Shown piece by piece: positions 57,419 through 63,731 of a DNA stretch of 63,731 bases (its first letter is position 1; the number at the start of each line of letters is the position of its first letter). The DNA is from a virus. Its lineage: Duplodnaviria; Caudoviricetes. The DNA is taken from positions 1-63,731 of IMG/VR virus record IMGVR_UViG_3300033145_001147; one strand, written 5' to 3'. A model generated the notes under the pieces. That model made no database searches, was not told the origin of the DNA, and worked only from the letters and a program-made list of their open reading frames with translations. The position numbers and the translations under genes were made by a program.

Positions 57419-58356
57419 GGAGAAATTTGGTCCTTCAAAAAGGGGGTGAACTGCTGGAACATCCAAGAAGGAATTTTAAGTCCTTATTGGACAATCAGCA
57501 ACCAAGCTTTCGCAGTAATGCGTTAGAAGGCTCAGAGCATAGATTCCGAGTCCAGAATGGACAGTAATGAATCCACGAGTGCCCTCCAGTTCTTTTACAA
57601 TAGAATATATAGAATAATATTTGATTTTTTGTTAAAATAATTATATAATTATATATATAATATATGATTAAACGTGAAATTATCAAAAAATGGAAATCTG
57701 GTAGAGGTTACAGGTATTTGTTAATTTGTCAGAATTGTGGTGAAGAATTTGAAAAATGTGGGAAACAAATTAATAATGATAAATGTTATTTTTGTTCAGT
57801 TAAATGTAGTAATTCTTTCCCTAAAAAAATAAAACAAATTAATCAGACTAAACAAAATAGATATAAGCAACAAAAACAAAATTCTGGTTATGCTTTTACA
57901 TTAAAAGCAAGGAGAAGAATGAGTGTTGGGCAAAAAGGAAAACCAATATGGAATAAGGGAAAATTTGGTGAAGCAATGCCAAATTGGCAAGGAGGAATAT
58001 CTTTTGAACCTTATACTGCAGAATTTAATAACGGATTAAAATTACAGATTAGAAAAAGAGATAATTACACTTGTCAAGAATGTGGTAAAACAGAAAAACA
58101 ATTAAAAAGAAAGTTAAGTATCCATCACATTGATTATAATAAAAAAAATAATGATGAAAATAATTTAATTTCTCTTTGTAGTAAATGTCACGGAAAAACT
58201 AATTTTAAGAGAAAAGATTGGACAACATATTTCCAAAAAAAATAAAATATTATTCTATGTATTCTATGTAAAAGAATTGATGATATATGCCGAACTGCAA
58301 CTATATATAAAATTGCAGAAGTAGAAGATAAAAAACTTTTACGATAACAAAAATTG
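57419..58356 (+). mobile_element. group I intron 3 in major capsid gene
   Basis: P1 GAAGGAT/GTCCTTC, core with covarying P7 (GCATA/TATGC), terminal G 58356. Confidence 0.88.
57664..58245 (+). CDS. intron-encoded HNH endonuclease
   Basis: RDNYTCQEC..IHHIDYNK..NLISLCSKCH. Confidence 0.88.
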   Translation: MIKREIIKKWKSGRGYRYLLICQNCGEEFEKCGKQINNDKCYFCSVKCSNSFPKKIKQINQTKQNRYKQQKQNSGYAFTLKARRRMSVGQKGKPIWNKGKFGEAMPNWQGGISFEPYTAEFNNGLKLQIRKRDNYTCQECGKTEKQLKRKLSIHHIDYNKKNNDENNLISLCSKCHGKTNFKRKDWTTYFQKK

Positions 58357-58440
58357 CAAACTGCTATCAGAGTTGTTTCAAGAATTGCTGGTAACGTTGT
58401 ATTAGGAGCTTCTTGTCGAGCTTTAGTTCAAATTCCTTAA
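58357..58440 (+). CDS. major capsid protein exon 4
   Basis: QTAIRVVSRIAGNVVLGASCRALVQIP*; not in the ORF track. Confidence 0.85.
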   Translation, partial: QTAIRVVSRIAGNVVLGASCRALVQIP

Positions 58441-58457
58441 ACTTTATAGTTTATATA

Positions 58458-58502
58458 CTTACTGATGGGATATTTACCCCATAGGTATCCCACTTCAGTA
58501 GG
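58458..58502 (+). terminator. long hairpin after capsid gene (terminator or 3' stabiliser)
   Basis: CTTACTGA-TGGGATA / TATCCCA-TCAGTAGG arms. Confidence 0.55.
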
Positions 58503-58517
58503 TTAAATTAAAAAATT

Positions 58518-58724
58518 ATGAAAAAAGTTAAACTATTAAAAGAATATCAAGATTATTCTCGTGGAGAGATAATTGAAGTAAGTAATAATGTTGCTTTCGG
58601 TCTAGTTGATTCTGGAATTGCAAGAAATGTTGTTACTGGAGATTTTATTAAGAAAGTTAGTTTTGGTAAAACTAAATCTTTTGAAAAAGCTCCTTCAACA
58701 AAAAGTTATAGAAAAAGATTATAG
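58518..58724 (+). CDS. small head-associated protein (ribosomal L9 N-terminal-like)
   Basis: MKKVKLLK....GEIIEVS..A..LV..G.A directly after the capsid gene. Confidence 0.6.
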   Translation: MKKVKLLKEYQDYSRGEIIEVSNNVAFGLVDSGIARNVVTGDFIKKVSFGKTKSFEKAPSTKSYRKRL

Positions 58725-58812
58725 TTTTTTAATCTAACTTACTGAAGGCTTGAAAATTATTATATATGTATTGAAATTGTAAAAATTATTATTAAGTTTA
58801 TTTTTTACAATT

Positions 58813-59301
58813 ATGAATAAAGAAAAACAAACACTTAAAGGGTTCTTTCGAATCCAATTGACAGAAGCAAAAGATGGAGCAGAAAAAATTGTAGGTGATT
58901 CTGGTTGGAAACAAAACCAAGTTACTAACTTGGGTATTCAAGATTATCTTGTTGACCAATTAATTGGTAACACTGGTGGAAAAGCTGTTACTCATATGGC
59001 TTTGGGAACAGGAACAGCTCCAGGAGCAGCAGCTACAACTCTAGATGGTGAAATTACTCACGCAACTGACTCAAGAAAAGCAGTTTCAACATCTATTGTT
59101 TCTTCAAAGACAGCTCAATTTACAGCTGCTTTCAACTCTGCAGATTCATTTGTTACTGCTTCAGTAAATATTTCAAATGTTGGTTTATTTGAAACTTCAA
59201 CAACGTCAGGAGGAACAATCTTTGCTGGAAATACTTATGCGTCATCATCTTTGGCGACAAACCAAAATGCGAACGTGACATATCAAATACGTTTTAGTTA
59301 A
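58813..59301 (+). CDS. putative virion structural protein
   Basis: Ala/Thr/Ser-rich; HMALGTG...LDGEI...NVGLF. Confidence 0.65.
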   Translation: MNKEKQTLKGFFRIQLTEAKDGAEKIVGDSGWKQNQVTNLGIQDYLVDQLIGNTGGKAVTHMALGTGTAPGAAATTLDGEITHATDSRKAVSTSIVSSKTAQFTAAFNSADSFVTASVNISNVGLFETSTTSGGTIFAGNTYASSSLATNQNANVTYQIRFS

Positions 59302-59394
59302 GTTATGTTGACCTTGTGTAATTTCGTAAGTAGTATTGATTTTGTTCTATAAATTTTATATAATATATGTAATTAATATTAATATATAAAATAT

Positions 59395-60264
59395 ATGAAT
59401 AATAAAAGTAATGCATCTTATGGAATGTTAGGAAAGAAACATTCCCAAAAAACGAAAGAAAAGATTTCTAAATGTAATAAAGGAAATCAAAATACATTAG
59501 GAAAACATTGGAAATGGTCTAAACCTAAACAAGACAGAAAACAATCGCCTGAACATAAAGAAAAAGTTCGTAAATCAAAACTTGGTGTTGCTCGTCCTGA
59601 TATGATAGGAAATACTTATGGTTTTATTAAGGGTCAAACTTCATTGAATAAAGGGAAACAAGCTTCAAAAGAAACTCGGGTAAAACAACGTTTGGCTAAA
59701 CTTGGGACAACTCTTTCAAAAGAAACTCGGCAAAAGATTTCGCAAAAGTTAAAAGGATTAAAACGTTCTGAAGAAACAAAAAGACGTATTTCTGAAGCAA
59801 AAAAAGGGAAGAATAATCCTGCAAAACAAAAATGGGTAAGAGAAAAAATGTCAGAAGTTGCAAGTCGGCAAGATGTTATAGACAAGAAAGAACGAATTAA
59901 AAAATATTCTGGGACATCAATTGAATTGATAATGCGTAAAGAATTAACTCGTAGAAAAATAGAATTTGAACCAAATTATCAATTGATGAATAAATATAAT
60001 GTTGACATGTATATTAAACCAGATATTGTAATAGAATGTGACGGAGATTATTGGCATAATAGACCAGGTTGTCAAGAAAAAGATAAAAAACGTGATATTG
60101 ATTTGAAGAATAATGGTTATCAAGTATTTCGTTTTTGGGAAAAAGAAATTAATACTGATATTAAACAATATGTTGATAAGTTATTGAAATCAATTATTAG
60201 TAATTGTAATAAGTGCAAAAAATCATATGAAGAAAAAAGTAATAAAAAAGAAATCAAAAATTGA
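59395..60264 (+). CDS. NUMOD3-repeat plus Vsr/DUF559-type homing endonuclease
   Basis: repeated SKETR motifs; VD, IECDGDYWH, FRFWE. Confidence 0.85.
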   Translation: MNNKSNASYGMLGKKHSQKTKEKISKCNKGNQNTLGKHWKWSKPKQDRKQSPEHKEKVRKSKLGVARPDMIGNTYGFIKGQTSLNKGKQASKETRVKQRLAKLGTTLSKETRQKISQKLKGLKRSEETKRRISEAKKGKNNPAKQKWVREKMSEVASRQDVIDKKERIKKYSGTSIELIMRKELTRRKIEFEPNYQLMNKYNVDMYIKPDIVIECDGDYWHNRPGCQEKDKKRDIDLKNNGYQVFRFWEKEINTDIKQYVDKLLKSIISNCNKCKKSYEEKSNKKEIKN

Positions 60265-60880
60265 TGTTCTTTTAGAAAAAAATAATCTCGGTGTGAAATT
60301 AGACATTGGCTGTGGTGCAAATAAGCAAGAAGGATTTGTCGGAATGGATGTTAGAGATTTGCCTAATGTGGATATTGTTCAAAACATAGAACAATTCCCT
60401 TGGGCTTTACCCGATGAATCCGTTTCTCTTGCTACAGCTTCTCATGTATTAGAACATATCAACCCAGGAAGCACAGACCCAAGATTAGTAGCTCTTATTA
60501 ATTTATTAGAAAAGAAAAAGATTCTTTCTAAAAAAGAAATAAAAGATGCCATTGGGAATGTTGAAGTTTTTGGAGTGTTTATGTCTTTTATGAATGAAGT
60601 TTGGAGGATACTAAAACCAAAAGGTAGATTTGCCTTTGTGGTGCCTTATGCGGGTTCTCCTGGGTTTTTTCAAGACCCAACACATATTAATCCAATAACT
60701 GAAGCTACGTTATCTTATTTTGACCCATTAGATAGAAGTGGAATGTATTATATTTACGAACCAGCTCCTTGGCAAATAATAAATAGTAGTTTTGACACAA
60801 TAGGCAATTTAGAAGTATTGTTAGAGAAACGCCAAGATGATATTTCTTATCATGTTGATAAAAAAATTAAATATGTCTAA
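60227..60880 (+). CDS. class I SAM-dependent methyltransferase-like protein
   Basis: KLDIGCG, SHVLEH, RILKPKG, DPTH. Confidence 0.8.
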   Translation: MKKKVIKKKSKIDVLLEKNNLGVKLDIGCGANKQEGFVGMDVRDLPNVDIVQNIEQFPWALPDESVSLATASHVLEHINPGSTDPRLVALINLLEKKKILSKKEIKDAIGNVEVFGVFMSFMNEVWRILKPKGRFAFVVPYAGSPGFFQDPTHINPITEATLSYFDPLDRSGMYYIYEPAPWQIINSSFDTIGNLEVLLEKRQDDISYHVDKKIKYV

Positions 60881-61487
60881 CAAAGTTTATAAAAAGACAA
60901 AGTCTTGGAAATGGAGTAAGGAATCTAAAGAACGGTTTAGTGAATATTGTAAACAGATAAAAAGAAGACCTCCGACTAGAAAAGGAATTCCAAATACTGA
61001 ACAACAAAAAGAAAAAATAAGAAAAACTTGGAAAAAAATTATTGAAATGAATGGTGGAAAGCACCCTTACGTTAAACCAATGTATGGTGAAGACAATCCA
61101 TCTAAAAGGAAAGATGTTCGTGAAAAAATTAGTCAAAAGTTGAAAATTGCATCTCTAGAAAGATTTAAAAATAAAGAAAATCATCCAAGATGGTTAGGTG
61201 GTAAATCTTTTGAAGATTATGGTTTTAATTGGACTAAAACATTAAAAAAATCAATCAGACAACGAGATAATTATATTTGCCAAGAATGTGGAATACATCA
61301 AAATAACTTAATTGGTAGATTAAAAAGATTAGATGTCCATCATATTGATTATAATAAAAAGAACTGTAGTCCAAACAATTTAATTTCCCTTTGCCGACAA
61401 TGTCATGCAAAAACGGGTATTAATAGAGATTATTGGAAACAGTTGTTTACAGATAAAAATTATAAACCTTTAAGTAATGAAAAATAA
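60873..61487 (+). CDS. HNH homing endonuclease
   Basis: RDNYICQEC..VHHIDYNK..NLISLCRQCH. Confidence 0.88.
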   Translation: MSNKVYKKTKSWKWSKESKERFSEYCKQIKRRPPTRKGIPNTEQQKEKIRKTWKKIIEMNGGKHPYVKPMYGEDNPSKRKDVREKISQKLKIASLERFKNKENHPRWLGGKSFEDYGFNWTKTLKKSIRQRDNYICQECGIHQNNLIGRLKRLDVHHIDYNKKNCSPNNLISLCRQCHAKTGINRDYWKQLFTDKNYKPLSNEK

Positions 61488-62316
61488 TATGAAAGAAAAA
61501 AAAGTAGATACAAGTTTAGGTATTAAAGGGATTGATAAAAATCCTAATCCAGATTGGAATAAAAGAGTTTTAATCTTTACTCCCACAACAGGTCTTGTAA
61601 GAATAGAATGGGTAAATGCTCGTTATGGGCAGATAATTCCTTGTAATTGGTCTAATGTGAATATGCAACAATTTGTAACTCCGTATGTTCCAGTAGAATA
61701 TCAATTAGCTGATGCTCAAAATTTAATGGCTAAAAAAGTAGTGGAAGATGATTACGAATGGATTATTTACATTGAGCATGATAATATTGTGCCACAAGAT
61801 TTGTTAATTAGATTTGGAGAATATATTAATGAAAGAAATGTTCCTGTTGTTTCAGGTCTTTACTTTACGAAAGCAGAACCTTCTGAACCACTTCTTTATA
61901 GAGGGAGAGGAAACTCTTATTATAGAGATTGGAAATTTGGAGATAAAGTTTGGGTAGATGGCATTCCTTTTGGTTGTCGTTTAGAACACGCAAGTTTTAT
62001 CAAAGAAGCATGGAAAAATAGTCCTGAATATATGGTTGGAGGAGAAAAAACTCGCAGGGTGTTTGAACAACCAGCAAGAATGTGGTTTGACGAAGAAAAA
62101 GGGGGAATGGCATCTAAAGTGGGAACAACTGATTTGGCTTGGTGCTCACGAATTATGGATGAAAAGTTATTTGAAAAATGCGGTTGGGAAAAATATCAAG
62201 ATATGAAATATCCATTTCTTGTTGACACGAATATAAGAGTTGGGCATATTAATCCTGATGGTAAGATTTATCCACTTACAATTCCAAAAAGATATTTACC
62301 AGTTAATAAAAAATAA
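61477..62316 (+). CDS. GT-A-fold glycosyltransferase-like protein
   Basis: IEHDNI, VVSGLY, TDLAWC, VDTNIRVGH. Confidence 0.7.
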   Translation: MKNNMKEKKVDTSLGIKGIDKNPNPDWNKRVLIFTPTTGLVRIEWVNARYGQIIPCNWSNVNMQQFVTPYVPVEYQLADAQNLMAKKVVEDDYEWIIYIEHDNIVPQDLLIRFGEYINERNVPVVSGLYFTKAEPSEPLLYRGRGNSYYRDWKFGDKVWVDGIPFGCRLEHASFIKEAWKNSPEYMVGGEKTRRVFEQPARMWFDEEKGGMASKVGTTDLAWCSRIMDEKLFEKCGWEKYQDMKYPFLVDTNIRVGHINPDGKIYPLTIPKRYLPVNKK

Positions 62317-62318
62317 TC

Positions 62319-62501
62319 ATGACAGAAAAAGAATTAGAAAAATTGAAACAAGACCATCTTGCAGGTAAACATAATGTAGAAGGATATTTTAATGAAGATT
62401 GTATTCTTTGTGTTAATCGAAAAAATGGCTTGAATCAAAAAAATGATGCGATAGCTGTTCAAATTGAAGACTCTATCGAAACAGGAGAAAAAGTAGGTTA
62501 A
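62319..62501 (+). CDS. hypothetical protein
   Basis: ORF in operon. Confidence 0.55.
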   Translation: MTEKELEKLKQDHLAGKHNVEGYFNEDCILCVNRKNGLNQKNDAIAVQIEDSIETGEKVG

Positions 62502-62506
62502 AAATT

Positions 62507-62719
62507 ATGACAAAAACACTTTACATTTCAGTATCAGATACTTTTAAAGTAAATGACAGTAAAAAACTAGTATTTAAACTTGTTAAAAATGAGGTGTTTT
62601 TTGTTGAATATTTTTCAGATATATTAGAACAAATTTTTTCTAATATAAATAATTTTTGTCGCCCACCTACAGTTATAAATATTAATTATTTAATTCCAAA
62701 AAACCACTTGGCTATTTAG
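62507..62719 (+). CDS. hypothetical protein
   Basis: ORF ending within a terminator hairpin. Confidence 0.45.
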   Translation: MTKTLYISVSDTFKVNDSKKLVFKLVKNEVFFVEYFSDILEQIFSNINNFCRPPTVININYLIPKNHLAI

Positions 62720-62732
62720 TCGGTGGTTTTTT
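62699..62732 (+). terminator. intrinsic terminator
   Basis: AAACCAC-TGGCTA / TAGTCG-GTGGTTT stem plus T run. Confidence 0.65.
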
Positions 62733-62795
62733 ATTAGTTAATTAGAAAAAATATTATGTATAGGTTAGTAATATAAATAGTAGAAAAAATAAACT

Positions 62796-63731
62796 ATGAT
62801 TGAAATATTAAAATTACAAAATAAAGAGTATATTAAGAATATCAGAAAAACTGACAGTGTTATTATTGACCAACAAAGTGGATTTAAAAAAACTTATATA
62901 GCAAAAGAAAAAAAATTAAAGATAGAAAACGAAGGAAAAATGATTGATATGGAACTTTTATCGTCTTATCACAAAATGCTTCCAGCGGGCGAAAGCGTTA
63001 TGGTTGCAGAAATAAAACTAAAAGATTGGAATAATAAGAATAATTTGTTTGATGAATTAGAATTTTTTGATAGGAATAATTTTATAAAAAAAGATAAACA
63101 ATTTATCTATAAATATTGTGAAGAAAAAACTATAACAATGGAATTGCCTGCTGAATTTCCTGAACAGGCAAGAGATAATGAAATATTTGAAAAAGTAGTA
63201 GGTGATTGGGATAATGCTATTGAATTTACAAAACTTTCAGAATTACCACACAAGGATATAAGAATAGGTATTTTTACTGAAACTGTTTTAGGTGAAAAAA
63301 TAGAATGGTTGCCGACAATAGACGGTTTTAATATATATGAATGGGCGGCTTATGATATTACAGAATTAAATAGTCTAGAACACGATACAACTTATGGAGA
63401 TTACAATTCTCTCGTAATGATAGACGCTACTCACTTTATTTTAGCTTATACGGGAAATGGTAGTGATGGTTTTATTAAAACATTCAGCATAGACGGAAGT
63501 TATAATATTACTCAGATAAATAGTTTAGAACACGATACAGCTAAAGGAGAATACAATTCTCTCGTAATGATAGATAATACTCATTTTATTTTAGCTTATT
63601 CTGGAGATAGTGGCTTCATCAAAACATTTAGCATAGACGGAAGTTATAATATTACTCAGATAAATAGTTTAGAACACGATACAGTTTATGGAACTCACAA
63701 TTCTCTCGTAATGATAGATAATACTCATTTT
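62796..63731 (+). CDS. partial repeat-containing (beta-propeller-like) protein, runs off the window
   Basis: open from ATG 62796 to the end; ~50-aa repeats NSLEHDT..G..NSLVMID.THFILAY at 63351, 63501 and 63645. Confidence 0.75.
   Translation, partial: MIEILKLQNKEYIKNIRKTDSVIIDQQSGFKKTYIAKEKKLKIENEGKMIDMELLSSYHKMLPAGESVMVAEIKLKDWNNKNNLFDELEFFDRNNFIKKDKQFIYKYCEEKTITMELPAEFPEQARDNEIFEKVVGDWDNAIEFTKLSELPHKDIRIGIFTETVLGEKIEWLPTIDGFNIYEWAAYDITELNSLEHDTTYGDYNSLVMIDATHFILAYTGNGSDGFIKTFSIDGSYNITQINSLEHDTAKGEYNSLVMIDNTHFILAYSGDSGFIKTFSIDGSYNITQINSLEHDTVYGTHNSLVMIDNTHF

Noticed and set aside
2988-61136. Minus-strand and nested ORFs in the ORF track
   Set aside because: Nearly all shadow well-supported plus-strand genes, introns or RNAs and show no recognisable motifs
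63351-63731. Diversity-generating retroelement TR/VR pair
   Set aside because: Repeats are in-frame protein repeats, differences are not adenine-specific, and no reverse transcriptase is in the window

Overview
AT-rich, almost entirely plus-strand segment of a tailed dsDNA phage or prophage with an HK97-type head. Most genes lack Shine-Dalgarno sites and several look leaderless, which suggests a host that rarely uses SD pairing (CPR/Patescibacteria- or Bacteroidota-like; inference only). In order, the window holds: small early genes, an intein-containing SF2 helicase, intron-split queE plus queD, RNase H, a GHKL ATPase, and recombination/replication genes. Next comes an RNA module: a ~470-nt structured RNA candidate, Ro60/TROVE, four tandem Y RNA-like genes and tRNAs. 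It is followed by a 7-deazaguanine DNA-modification cluster (PRT, HNH-folE, queC, GNAT, queF, dpdA-like, parB-like), the terminase, DNA methyltransferases and a glycosyl/methyltransferase block. The head module has a portal-MuF fusion, a prohead protease with an inserted AAA+ ATPase, and a major capsid gene split by three group I introns. Selfish elements are abundant: 4 group I introns, 3 inteins and about a dozen homing endonuclease genes or domains. Best candidates for novelty are the Ro60/Y RNA array with its upstream large RNA, a possible N-acetyl-preQ1 DNA modification, boxA-like long RNA stalks each enclosing one gene, the protease-AAA fusion, and promoters with a DnaA box at a near-fixed distance from -35. 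All calls come from reading motifs by eye; no database search or folding program was run.
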